Source: Desulfatiglandales bacterium (GTDB lineage: Bacteria; Desulfobacterota; DSM-4660; Desulfatiglandales; Desulfatiglandaceae). Taken from it: a stretch of 64,000 nt of DNA. Under the pieces are notes generated by a model that was given only the letters and a program-made list of their open reading frames with translations, did not search any database and was not told the DNA's origin. Made by a program: the position numbers and the translations under genes. Positions 12,008 to 21,659 of this stretch are shown one piece after another (position 1 is the first letter of the stretch; the number at the start of each line of letters is the position of its first letter). Where the stretch lies: assembly GCA_963662465.1 (NCBI GenBank), contig OY759599.1, positions 1,280,001 through 1,344,000 of the forward strand, read 5' to 3'.

Positions 12008-13303
12008 ATGAGCAAAGTTTTTTTGAGTTTTCTGGGACTTGGAACATATAACGCGAAAGAGGGCTGTTACGCCTATTCTCCCGCCATATATGCCCTTGAT
12101 GGACGACAATCACGAAAAACGGAATTCGTTCAAGTTGCGGAACTGGAATTGTTGGGGAATAGCGTATTTGACAAAATTTTGATTGTCGCAACCCAAAAAT
12201 CCTACAATGCCAATTTCAACAAAATGCGGGCGCAGTTGACGGAAAATGATCAGGAAAAGATTTCGCATATTTTGATTAGCGAGGATATGTCGGCTCAGGG
12301 GCAGTGGGAATGGTTTGAGCGAATTCTGACCCATGTGGGGTCAGGCGATGAATTGACCATCGATTTGACGCATGGGTATCGGTCTATCCCAATTGTGTTT
12401 TCCGCCGCTATCAATTTTCTGCGGAAGGCCAGGCATATCAAGTTGAATGCCGTATATTACGGCGCCTATGAAATGTGTAAGGAAAAGGGTTTTGCGCCGA
12501 TTTTTGATATGAAGGAGTTCTATTTTATCAATGAATGGGCCGAAGCCGTGAGCAGGCTCGTGGAGGATGCGGATGCCGGGAAAATGGCCCGGGTGGCGGG
12601 GAATACCGCTGCTTTTCAGATGGGCGAATTAAACAACCCGGCACTGATCGAGAGTTTTGAGACATTAACCAATGCCATCAGAAATGTGGATGTTAACCGG
12701 ATTGGAGAACAGGCCGCTGCAACCCTGGGATTGATTGAGAAACAATCCCTTGGCGCATCGGAAACGGGAAAACTGCTTTTGAATCTGGTGACCGAAAAGT
12801 TTGGAGTTCTCACATCGAAAGAAGGTGAAAATGGAAAATACGACAAATTCTATTTTCGAAGGCAGCTTGAAATCAGTCGATTGCTTCTGGAACATAAGCT
12901 TTTCATGCAGGCTTTCACGGTGATGCGGGAGCTTGTCGGTTCAATTGGTTTAATCGAAAGGGAGAAAGTCCATGTGAATTCAACCAGGGGAAGGAAGCTT
13001 CGCTATCGGTTTTCGGGACTTTTTGTGAATATGCTTCAATATCCTGAGGATGAGTGGAAATTCAAAGAAAAGGACCGTGACAGGGAAGCCTTGATGCCGT
13101 TCTATCGAAAACTCAAATCCATGGGCGTTGAATCTCTAATGCGGGAATGTACCGCTGGATTGATCAAATACAGAAACGGTTTTGATCATGCGTGGACGGG
13201 GAGGAACGGTGTACTCCCGGATGTGGAAGAGATTGGCCTGAAGGCCTACAGTAGATTGAAAGAGGTTGTTTCGGCTCTTGAAAAAGAAGGCATTTTGAAT
13301 TGA
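12008..13303 (+). CDS. csx1: TM1812/Csx1-family CARF-HEPN ribonuclease
   Basis: FLSFLGLG.Y, IDLTHGYRSIP (DxTHG), VYYGAYE and C-terminal HEPN RxxxxH (RNGFDH). Confidence 0.88.
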   Translation: MSKVFLSFLGLGTYNAKEGCYAYSPAIYALDGRQSRKTEFVQVAELELLGNSVFDKILIVATQKSYNANFNKMRAQLTENDQEKISHILISEDMSAQGQWEWFERILTHVGSGDELTIDLTHGYRSIPIVFSAAINFLRKARHIKLNAVYYGAYEMCKEKGFAPIFDMKEFYFINEWAEAVSRLVEDADAGKMARVAGNTAAFQMGELNNPALIESFETLTNAIRNVDVNRIGEQAAATLGLIEKQSLGASETGKLLLNLVTEKFGVLTSKEGENGKYDKFYFRRQLEISRLLLEHKLFMQAFTVMRELVGSIGLIEREKVHVNSTRGRKLRYRFSGLFVNMLQYPEDEWKFKEKDRDREALMPFYRKLKSMGVESLMRECTAGLIKYRNGFDHAWTGRNGVLPDVEEIGLKAYSRLKEVVSALEKEGILN

Positions 13304-13356
13304 TGTCGGCTGTTTTAAGAGACTCTATTTTCTTTTTTTTGCCACTTCTTTTACTT

Positions 13357-13600
13357 TTACTCGCCGTAAACGGTCTTAAAGCTTTCCTTCATGCTGATGA
13401 TAACCCAGTTTTCATCGCGTGCCGTTTTCAGAAATTCGGGTTTTCGGTAGACGAATTCCCGAGGGTCATCGTGGTCCAGCACAAAGGCCATGTGGCGGTA
13501 GGGGGATGAAGCGGTAAAGTCCGGCATCCAGCTATCTCCCGGTGAGTTGCCGAAGGCGAGTACCGGTGCTTGTCCGGTTCTCATCATGATGCTGACGGCT
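13357..13600 (-). pseudogene. C-terminal remnant of a HAD-family hydrolase
   Basis: PVLAFGNS.GD...HDDP.REF.Y...W.IISMK; only about 76 aa, no N-terminal domain. Confidence 0.6.
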
Positions 13601-13744
13601 CGGTTCCTGCCACAACAAACTCAAAGTTATCTACTAAAAACACCGGCCATCTTAAAATAATCAAATAAACTCTCACCAGACGAATGAATAGGATAGCAAC
13701 CACGGGATTGTCATATCGAAAAATGCAAAAGAGCCACACCCATT

Positions 13745-15298
13745 CTAAACAATGAGATCATCCGCCGTCATCTCTTTTGGAATGGGAAGACCGAGCAGGT
13801 GCAGCACGGTGGGCGCCACATCCGAGAGTTTCCCCCGCGGGCGCAGCTTTTTCCCCACGGCGTTTTGAGAAACATAAATCAAGTCCACGGGGAACAGGGT
13901 ATGGCTGGTTTTGGGCAACCCCGTTTCATAGTCCACCATCTGCTCTGAATTTCCATGGTCCGAGGTGATCAGAATCTCCGCATCCAGTTCCAGCAATCTT
14001 TTAACGAGTTTGCCCACGCAGTCGTCTACGACCTCGATGGCCGTGACCGCCGCCGCCATAACGCCCGTGTGTCCCACCATGTCGCCATTGGCGTAGTTGA
14101 CCACGATAAAATCGTAGGGATTGTCGTTCAATCGTTTCAAAATTTCCTCGGTCACCGGATGCGCGTCCATTTCAGGATGATGGGCGAAGCTGGAGGGATC
14201 GAATCGGGACGGGATCTCCACCTGCTCCTCCCCCGGATAGGGGGTGGTACTCTTCCCATTGAAGAAACTGGTCACATGGCGGAATTTCTGGGTCTCGGCG
14301 ATTCGCAGTTGGGTGAGTCCCGCATTTGCGATCACTTCACCCAGAAGGTTTTCCATGCCGCCCCCTTTATCCATGGGCGACATGAGGTAGGCATTGAAGT
14401 CGTCGTAATAGCGCGTGAAACCCGCGTACACCACCTTGGGTCGAACCTTGAGCGTGCCCGGGTAGGACGGGTCCACAAAGGCGCGGGACAATTGGATGGC
14501 GCGATCCTGGCGATAATTGGTGTGCAGAATGGAATCTCCGTCCCGGATGCCGTCGTAATCGCCGATGCAGAAGGGGGGGATGTACTCGTCGGTCATTTCA
14601 TCGCCGTCGGGGGTTTGCAGTTCCTCATAGGATCGGGCCACGGCCGATTCGGCATCGTCGGCCCTCATCCCCTCGGCGCAAACGATACAGTGGTAGGCCT
14701 GATCCGTTAGTTGCCATTGTTGGGAGCGGTCCATGCTGTAATAACGGCCCATGACCGTTCCAATGCGGCAATTACCCACCTTTTCCATTTCGAGGGCAAG
14801 GGTTTTCAGGTAGCCGAGGGTGCTGCGCGGCGGTGTATCCCGACCGTCCAGGAAGGGATGAATGATGATTTTGCCTTCCGGGTACTCCTGCCTGGCCCGT
14901 GCCATGATCTTGAACAGGTGCTTCTGGTGGGCGTGTACCCCCTCATCCTGCAACAGACCCAGCAGGTGCAGTCGGCTGCGGTTTTCGCGCCAGTTGCCCA
15001 TAAGCTTTTTCCATTCTTCGGCATCAAAGAGGATGCCGCTGCTCAGCTCCTTATCGATCCGCTTCAATTCCTGAATCACGATGCGTCCGGCACCCATGTT
15101 GAGATGCCCCACTTCGCTGGACCCCTGGTATCCGCCGGGGAGGCCCACGGGCTCGCCCGCGCAATCGAGGATGGTCCAGGGGTATGCCTTTTTATAGGCA
15201 TCCATATTGGGTGTATGGGCCGCCAGGACCGCGTTTCCTTCTTTCTTGTCATTCAATCCCCATCCGTCGCGGATGATAAGCACTACCGGTTTTTTCAT
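13745..15298 (-). CDS. gpmI: 2,3-bisphosphoglycerate-independent phosphoglycerate mutase
   Basis: KPVVLIIRDGWG, GSSEVGHLN.GAGR, DGRDTPP, AETQKF.HVT.FFNG, NYANGDMVGHTG and SDHGN; start trimmed to MKKPVV. Confidence 0.96.
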   Translation of the reverse strand: MKKPVVLIIRDGWGLNDKKEGNAVLAAHTPNMDAYKKAYPWTILDCAGEPVGLPGGYQGSSEVGHLNMGAGRIVIQELKRIDKELSSGILFDAEEWKKLMGNWRENRSRLHLLGLLQDEGVHAHQKHLFKIMARARQEYPEGKIIIHPFLDGRDTPPRSTLGYLKTLALEMEKVGNCRIGTVMGRYYSMDRSQQWQLTDQAYHCIVCAEGMRADDAESAVARSYEELQTPDGDEMTDEYIPPFCIGDYDGIRDGDSILHTNYRQDRAIQLSRAFVDPSYPGTLKVRPKVVYAGFTRYYDDFNAYLMSPMDKGGGMENLLGEVIANAGLTQLRIAETQKFRHVTSFFNGKSTTPYPGEEQVEIPSRFDPSSFAHHPEMDAHPVTEEILKRLNDNPYDFIVVNYANGDMVGHTGVMAAAVTAIEVVDDCVGKLVKRLLELDAEILITSDHGNSEQMVDYETGLPKTSHTLFPVDLIYVSQNAVGKKLRPRGKLSDVAPTVLHLLGLPIPKEMTADDLIV

Positions 15299-15372
15299 TT
15301 GGGTCTTCCTTTCTTGGATTTTTTTGCAACGCTCGTATTTTAGTTGGGTGCGAAAAGAATTTTCGGAGCCGG

Positions 15373-16605
15373 TCATATCTGGTCTCTCAGTTGCGGTACG
15401 ATGTAACCCAGTTCGGCAAAGGTTCTGATGAATTGTTTCTCCTTTCCCGGCAGGATAACGAGATGCTTTTCTCCGGCCGGCAGGCACATTTTGGAAAGCT
15501 TCCGGTCGGATGCCGCCAGTTTTTGAAGCATGGCGTCTTTGCACGAGATAAGATGGGTCCTTCCTGCGTATTCGAACCCGGTTGAACGATTTTTCACGTC
15601 ATCCGGATCGTGATTCTTCGGGACCGTGAGAACCGCTCGGGTTTCGGTGGGCGCCGCTTCATAAGCGTCGGTCATTTCCAGGGCAAAGGCGCCGAGGGCA
15701 TTGATTCGGATATACATGAGGCCGTCATACCGGCTCAGGAAGGCGCTTCCATCCATACCCCACAGGCTGCGGTAGTCGGAGAGGGCGCCCTCGGGGTGGA
15801 TGTATGCCACGTCCATGATCCCTAATGTGGCCGCATACTCGAACAGGAAGGCCAGCATATATCTGGTTTTGACCATTGCCTGGTCCCCGAATTCATCCAG
15901 ATGGCCGCATTGGGCGTCCCCCACATAGAGTTCGCAACCGTAGTGCGCCACCTCAAATTCGAGTCCCGCCGAGTACATGGAACGGATCAGTTCTTTCACC
16001 GTGAGCCATTTTCCGGGAGCGCACAGGGAGAGGCCCTCGTATAACGCCGGTCTTCGGGTGTGTGCGGCAATCAGGACACGGCCTCTTAAAGCCTTTTGCC
16101 CCTTGATCCGGTCTACCCGGCTGAATTCATCTAGAAACCTGGTGGTGCGCCATCCGTCCCATATCCCTTTAATGACCTTGGGAAGATTTCCCTCGATGGC
16201 CTTCTTTCCCTTGTAGTTGAGCTTGAGGGCGCTGCCGTCTACCTCGGCCAGCCCTGCCCCCTGCAACAGCATGGGCCATGCGAAGGCCTGTATATGGCCG
16301 ATCCCCTGGAGGATCTCTTCCTCTTCATACCAGTCGCCTTCCTGAAGAAGCTTTCTCAGATTTTTCTGGGCTGCCGGGGTAGGGCGACCTGTTTTGGCGC
16401 CGACCTTGAGTTTGCCGCCTTCGACAAGCCTCAGGACGGTTTCCAGGTTGTTTAAGGCGGCTGTCGCGGTATTGCGAACATGGAGCTTCCGTTCCACCGT
16501 CTGATCCTCGATGTCAAGGTGGATGGATGCGGGAAGCGGGTTCACATATTGAATGCGGTCCTCTTTTAAAGTTTGGCAGGTTGGGTTTTCAAGATATGCC
16601 GGCAT
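15373..16605 (-). CDS. Hypothetical protein, possibly a truncated helicase-associated/XPB-binding-like protein
   Basis: 410-aa ORF with protein-like composition; family assignment is a weak recollection only. Confidence 0.5.
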   Translation of the reverse strand: MPAYLENPTCQTLKEDRIQYVNPLPASIHLDIEDQTVERKLHVRNTATAALNNLETVLRLVEGGKLKVGAKTGRPTPAAQKNLRKLLQEGDWYEEEEILQGIGHIQAFAWPMLLQGAGLAEVDGSALKLNYKGKKAIEGNLPKVIKGIWDGWRTTRFLDEFSRVDRIKGQKALRGRVLIAAHTRRPALYEGLSLCAPGKWLTVKELIRSMYSAGLEFEVAHYGCELYVGDAQCGHLDEFGDQAMVKTRYMLAFLFEYAATLGIMDVAYIHPEGALSDYRSLWGMDGSAFLSRYDGLMYIRINALGAFALEMTDAYEAAPTETRAVLTVPKNHDPDDVKNRSTGFEYAGRTHLISCKDAMLQKLAASDRKLSKMCLPAGEKHLVILPGKEKQFIRTFAELGYIVPQLRDQI

Positions 16606-16622
16606 GGTTTCCTCATCTTCGC

Positions 16623-17291
16623 TTAGGCCAAAACCAGGAGGGCGTCAACCGCTACGGGTTTGCTTCCGGAAAGGATCAGGGGGTTGATGTCGATCTCTTT
16701 GACGGCATCGTTTTCCAGGCCGATGCGACCCACATTAATGAGGATGTCCGCCAACAGGTCCCTGTCCGCCGCCGGCATTCCCCGCACGGCATCCAGGATT
16801 TTATGCGCCTTGATTTCCGACATCATTTCCAATGCATCCCTTTTTTCAAGGGGCGCCACCCGGAAGGTGATGTCTTTCAGCACTTCGGTGAAAATGCCGC
16901 CTAGACCGAACATGACGCAAGGGCCGAATTGGGGATCGCGGGTGAGACCCACCACCAGTTCCCTCTGTCCCTTGATCATTTCCTGAACCAGTACCTGCCC
17001 GTCTTCCTCGTCCATGTGGGTCATGATCTCTTGAAAGGCGCCCATGGCCTCTTCGGCATTCCGGATATCCACCCGGATCAGGCCTTTTTCCGTCTTATGG
17101 GCAATATTGGACGAGCATCCCTTCAGCACCAGGGGGAAACCGATATCTTCCATTGCCGCCCGCAATCCGTCTTCATTTGTGACCGTCCGCTCTCGGGTAA
17201 TGGGAATATGATAGCTTTCCAGAACCTGTTTGGACTCATATTCGGAGAGGGCTTTTCTGCCCTCGCTGATGGCTTTTTTCAGGATTTCCAT
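16623..17291 (-). CDS. ADP-forming acyl-CoA synthetase beta-subunit-like ATP-grasp protein
   Basis: LSEYESK..L..Y.IP, GFPLVLK, HKTE.G, DPQFGP.VMFGLGGIF.EV..D and EIDINPL. Confidence 0.9.
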   Translation of the reverse strand: MEILKKAISEGRKALSEYESKQVLESYHIPITRERTVTNEDGLRAAMEDIGFPLVLKGCSSNIAHKTEKGLIRVDIRNAEEAMGAFQEIMTHMDEEDGQVLVQEMIKGQRELVVGLTRDPQFGPCVMFGLGGIFTEVLKDITFRVAPLEKRDALEMMSEIKAHKILDAVRGMPAADRDLLADILINVGRIGLENDAVKEIDINPLILSGSKPVAVDALLVLA

Positions 17292-17443
17292 GTGTGCCTC
17301 CCAAATAATTCTGATACATGATTTCAGCTTTTTTCCATTGCGCTGATGTGGTAAGAGTTGGATGGCAGCATAGAGAAACGAGGGGGGTTTGTCAATCATT
17401 GGAAATGCACCATCAAGAATGCCGAAGGCGGCTGTAAGCCCAT

Positions 17444-18187
17444 ATGAACACGCATATTTCAGAAAGCATTATTACCAGAACCTGGGAATTTGGTGAAACC
17501 GACCTTCTGGTCAGCTTTTTTACCGCCGACAGGGGGCGGCTCAAGGGGGTGGCCAAAGGGGCCAGGAAAAGCCGCAGACGCTTTGCCAACTGTCTGGATT
17601 CGTTCTGTTTGACCCGGATGGAATATGAGCGCAGAAGCGGGCGGGATCTCTATTTCCTCCATTCCGGAAAGCTGATTCAGGGATTTCCGGGAGTCCGTTC
17701 TGATTTTTATGCCCTGTCCCTGGCCAGTTACATGGTTGAGCTGGCTGAAACCCTTTTTCCCCCGGGCGTTGCCGACGGGCGCATGTTTAGTTTGCTCAAA
17801 AGTGCATTGATTGCCTTGGCGGGCGACATGAAAAAAGAGGCATTGCGGATCTTCTTTGAAGCCAAGGCCCTGGCCCTTGGCGGTTACAGCATCGATTTTG
17901 ATCGGTGTTGCGACTGCGGCAGGCGGTACGCTGGCGAAGGTCGTGCCGTGTTTAAGCAGCGCAAAGGAGGCATCGCGTGCCTCAAGTGCGAAAAAGAGTC
18001 CGCACGCCTGCCTGGCCTCAGCCCGGATGCGGCCAGAGGACTAAAACAAATTCAGACCGCCCCGATGGATGACCTGGAAAGAACTCCGTTAACGGATGTC
18101 ATGATGGATGAGATGAAAAAGGTACTCAAACTACACCTTCTCTACAGCCTTGGAAAGGAATTGAAAACGGCCCGGTATTTGACGTAA
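17444..18187 (+). CDS. recO: DNA repair protein RecO
   Basis: FGETDLLV.FFT...G....AKGARKS.RRF and Zn motif C..CG...GG..C..C. Confidence 0.93.
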   Translation: MNTHISESIITRTWEFGETDLLVSFFTADRGRLKGVAKGARKSRRRFANCLDSFCLTRMEYERRSGRDLYFLHSGKLIQGFPGVRSDFYALSLASYMVELAETLFPPGVADGRMFSLLKSALIALAGDMKKEALRIFFEAKALALGGYSIDFDRCCDCGRRYAGEGRAVFKQRKGGIACLKCEKESARLPGLSPDAARGLKQIQTAPMDDLERTPLTDVMMDEMKKVLKLHLLYSLGKELKTARYLT

Positions 18188-18221
18188 CTTCTAATCAACA
18201 TGATCCATCCTTAAAAGTCGC

Positions 18222-18698
18222 TTACATATCGCGAATGACCCTTAGCATATCCGCGGTGGAAATGATGCCGATGGGCTTTTCTTCACGGGTAACAAACACG
18301 CGATGAATGCGGTTCTTGATCATGGTATCCGCCACCTGTTGCACTGTGTTGTCTTCCCCCACTTTCAGCGTCGTAGATGTCATGATGTCCTGCACAGTTA
18401 CCTGGGGTTCATCACCGAAATGGAGGGCGCCCAGGTCCTGTTGTGAAAATCGGTCTTCAACCGTGTGGATATAGTAATCATGGCGATTGTTGAATTGTAA
18501 ACCCTTTTCCAGCGGGGTTTCATGGCGTATGATGTCGGTGAGTGAAACGACGCCGATCAGCTTGCCGTTTTTCGATGTCACCGGCGCCCCCGATATGGAA
18601 TTTTCAAGCAGAAACTCAGCCAATCCCTGGAGGGATAGTTCAGCGTTTACGGTTAGGACTTCCCGGTTCATGATGTCTTTTGCAGTCAGTTTTTCCAT
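18222..18698 (-). CDS. CBS domain pair protein
   Basis: AKDIM, ISGAPV, GVVSLTD, VQDIM and GIISTAD. Confidence 0.9.
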   Translation of the reverse strand: MEKLTAKDIMNREVLTVNAELSLQGLAEFLLENSISGAPVTSKNGKLIGVVSLTDIIRHETPLEKGLQFNNRHDYYIHTVEDRFSQQDLGALHFGDEPQVTVQDIMTSTTLKVGEDNTVQQVADTMIKNRIHRVFVTREEKPIGIISTADMLRVIRDM

Positions 18699-18836
18699 CG
18701 CTTGACCTCCCGAAAGTGATCAAAAAAGTTTAAGGTCGAAACGTGATGTTCCATGAAACGCCGAAACGAAATCAAAGTCAACAAAAAACCGGTGAAGTTT
18801 TTTATGAGATTTTCCAAAAAAGGCTGTACAGATCTT

Positions 18837-20072
18837 TTATAGGCGATAAACGGTGGGTTTTTCTTTCATGCCGATGTCGATGCCGATACAATCCCCTGTC
18901 CTGAATCCCAGGTTTTTGAATTGGCGGACCACCGTTTCATCTCTGTCTCGATACCAGTATACCGACCAGACGGGATTGCGCACCGTGGCAATACCGTAGG
19001 CGTCGTGGCTGCAGAGGTTAACGCGAAACTCGTCTCTGGAGATTAGCGTATCCGCCTCTGAGAGGAAGTAATCCCTTTTGTAGAGGTTGTTGTAAAGGGC
19101 TTTTGAAAGGGGCGCTTGCAGATCCGGCATTTCATCCAGGTAATGGTTGGCAATCTGATACAGGTCTTCCGGGGCGTCGATGGAAAGTCCCAGAATTGCA
19201 TAACGTTCGTGATTCAGGGCAAAGTTTTCAAATTCAGCCTCATGGGCGGCAATCATCGCAAGCGTGTCCTCGATTTGGGGCTTGGCGTTTTGATTTTCCA
19301 TGAGAATGTTTTCGCACTGATCAATGATGCCCATATAAAATGCCGTGTTATCCATCACGAAGACGGGCCTTTCACGGTAATTTTTTCTTTTTCGGATTCT
19401 TCTGATCCCATCCAGGTTCACGGACCTTTCACTTTCCTTTTTATCCAGGGTTTCAATTTGCGAGATGTCCTTGGCCTGAACCACATGAATTTCACCGTTT
19501 ACGGAAATAATGTATTCGATTTCGCACCTGAAACCCAGACATTCCTGGATGTCCCTGGATCTTTCCAGAAGGCCCGTATCGTGAGGCGTTTTGGTAATAT
19601 AGGGTTGGCTCTCCACCTTGTGGGAACGGTTCCGGCAGTATCCGAACTCCCAGCTGTTCCCCAGCATTTTTGCCATGACGCCGTTTCCGTTAATGAAAGG
19701 CATGACAATAATGCCCATATCCTCCAAGTCCAGATCCGGTGCGTGGTTGAATTTCTGCTGTCTTAAAATGGAAAGCCTGCTGACCGTCTTTCCCATTTTG
19801 ATAATCCGATTCCTGGCGTATTGAATGCCGGCCGGATCAGCATAGGTTTCCAGTGAATCAAAGGTCCCCGGTTTGAAAGCTTCTTCCAGTGGGTGAGCGC
19901 TTCGCGCAATCACTTTGAAGCTTTCCTGATGGCGGGTTAAAAAGGTTTGGAGCTTTTCAAAATTTTTATTTTTGAAATCCTCCGCGGGAACATAGATAAA
20001 ATCAGGAACATTAAACCGACCCTCTTTTAATTTTTCAAGGTGCAACGCTTTTTCCGGCAGAATGGATGCCAT
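18837..20072 (-). CDS. Protein with a PEP-synthase/PPDK N-terminal-like ATP-grasp domain and an uncharacterised C-terminus
   Basis: FNVPDF, IARSA..E....GTFDS and EIEY...IHVVQAK resemble PPDK_N motifs. Confidence 0.55.
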   Translation of the reverse strand: MASILPEKALHLEKLKEGRFNVPDFIYVPAEDFKNKNFEKLQTFLTRHQESFKVIARSAHPLEEAFKPGTFDSLETYADPAGIQYARNRIIKMGKTVSRLSILRQQKFNHAPDLDLEDMGIIVMPFINGNGVMAKMLGNSWEFGYCRNRSHKVESQPYITKTPHDTGLLERSRDIQECLGFRCEIEYIISVNGEIHVVQAKDISQIETLDKKESERSVNLDGIRRIRKRKNYRERPVFVMDNTAFYMGIIDQCENILMENQNAKPQIEDTLAMIAAHEAEFENFALNHERYAILGLSIDAPEDLYQIANHYLDEMPDLQAPLSKALYNNLYKRDYFLSEADTLISRDEFRVNLCSHDAYGIATVRNPVWSVYWYRDRDETVVRQFKNLGFRTGDCIGIDIGMKEKPTVYRL

Positions 20073-20120
20073 ATGCGTTTTTCTCCCGTAGATTACCGGA
20101 ACTTAAAAGAGTCGGTAGCC

Positions 20121-20546
20121 TTACCAGCCCTTTTCAGCGAGGATGTGTCTTATCTTCTCTTCCGCTTTTTTCTGAACCAGAACCATCTTCTTTGTATGGG
20201 CCTTCTTAATTTTCTCAGTGAGAACCTTCAGATCAGCCGGTTTTTCAAGGAGATCCGTCGCTCCCAGTTTCATGGCTTCCACGCCTTTTTGTACCGTGGC
20301 GTGTCCCGTGAGGAGGATCACCTGTAAGTCCGGATTTTTTTCCTTGAGTTTCTTGAGGGTTTCAAGTCCGTCCATTTCAGGCATCATAAGATCCAGAATG
20401 ATGGCGTCATAACTCTCTTCCTGCGCTTTTTTCAGAGCGTCTTGCGGAGAAGTGGTGGTGGTTACATTCATGTCCCTTGCTTCCATTCGCTCCGCCATGA
20501 CCTCCAGAAATTCTTTTTCGTCATCAACGAGCAACACTTTTTCCAT
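20121..20546 (-). CDS. Single-domain response regulator
   Basis: LLVDDE, ILDLMMP, LTGH and KP. Confidence 0.93.
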   Translation of the reverse strand: MEKVLLVDDEKEFLEVMAERMEARDMNVTTTTSPQDALKKAQEESYDAIILDLMMPEMDGLETLKKLKEKNPDLQVILLTGHATVQKGVEAMKLGATDLLEKPADLKVLTEKIKKAHTKKMVLVQKKAEEKIRHILAEKGW

Positions 20547-20609
20547 TTTGTCTCCTTTCTAACTGGTTGAATGGGATGTTTTTTTGCCTGTCAACAGCTG
20601 TGTTTGCCG

Positions 20610-21290
20610 TCATATGTTCCGAGGCGAACGTATGTCCTTTGGCAAAACAAGATTAATTTCGCCGGCCTCCGGATCCTGATGGATCATTGCGCCTAGAATT
20701 CGAAGCAAGGCATCTTCTTTTTCCGTTGGAAATGCGCTCACAGGCAAGTTTTTGAGCGCTTCCAGTCCGGTAAAGCTGATTTTTGCCGATCCCGGGCCTG
20801 TTTCAAAGGTGAGGCCCACGGCTTTTCTTTCTCCTGACGTTTCCATGGCAACATCCAGGATCTGCCAGATGAGATTTTGAAGATGGAACGGGGATGTAAT
20901 GACCGTCACGAGGTCGGACGGTATGCTCAGGTCCAGGGTTATGCTTCGCATATCCGCCAGTCTTGTAGAAAGTCCCACCGCCAGTTCCAGGGCTTCCCCG
21001 ATATCGACGTTTTTTTCGAAATCGTCTACGCTATGGGCCAGACTGTTCATGTTTTTTACGATTTCATCGGCTCGCCGGACCTGTCTGGCAACGCGCTGTG
21101 CAATAATATTGAGCTTTTCGGCGTTGACCGGCAACCCTTTCTCCGCCATCAGGGTATAGTCTTCCAGGAGACCCGCACTCTCATTGACAATGGCCATAAC
21201 GTTCTTGATTTCGTGCGAAATGGAGGCCGTCATCTTTCCGAAGAAGCGAAGTTCGGTTGCCATTTCCATATCCGGGCGTTCAGTCATCAT
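20610..21290 (-). CDS. Sensor-less histidine kinase-like protein with a degenerate ATPase domain
   Basis: H-box SHEIKN present; N/G1/F/G2 boxes not recognisable. Confidence 0.7.
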   Translation of the reverse strand: MMTERPDMEMATELRFFGKMTASISHEIKNVMAIVNESAGLLEDYTLMAEKGLPVNAEKLNIIAQRVARQVRRADEIVKNMNSLAHSVDDFEKNVDIGEALELAVGLSTRLADMRSITLDLSIPSDLVTVITSPFHLQNLIWQILDVAMETSGERKAVGLTFETGPGSAKISFTGLEALKNLPVSAFPTEKEDALLRILGAMIHQDPEAGEINLVLPKDIRSPRNI

Positions 21291-21299
21291 CGATCCTTT

Positions 21300-21659
21300 T
21301 TATGGGTTCGTCAGCTCATTCATTTTATGGATAAGGTCATCAATATTAACGGGTTTCAATAGATAGTAGTCTACACCGGTTTCCGCGGATCCCGCGGTAA
21401 AATCATCATGTGAACCGTGTCCGGTCATGAATATGAATTTTAAACCCGGACATTTTTCCTTCATCTTTTTATGTAGGTCGATGCCGCTGATGCCCGGAAT
21501 CTTTACATCCAGAACAGCCAGATCGAAATTTTCGTGCTCTATGAGTTCCAGGGCGCCGTCGCCGGTTGTTACCCAACGCGCTTCGATCCCCCTGATCTTC
21601 AACCGTTCCGCCAGTGTCTCCACCAGTTCCTGCTCATCATCCACTAAGAGTACGCGCAC
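21300..21659 (-). CDS. Single-domain response regulator
   Basis: LLVDDE, VLDVKIP, MTGH and KP. Confidence 0.92.
   Translation of the reverse strand: MRVLLVDDEQELVETLAERLKIRGIEARWVTTGDGALELIEHENFDLAVLDVKIPGISGIDLHKKMKEKCPGLKFIFMTGHGSHDDFTAGSAETGVDYYLLKPVNIDDLIHKMNELTNP

Noticed and set aside
13304..13744. CRISPR array downstream of csx1
   Set aside because: Contains a HAD gene remnant and unique sequence; no repeat-spacer pattern
15299..15544. N-terminal extension of GpmI in the ORF track
   Set aside because: Overlaps the upstream gene; family similarity begins at MKKPVV (15298)
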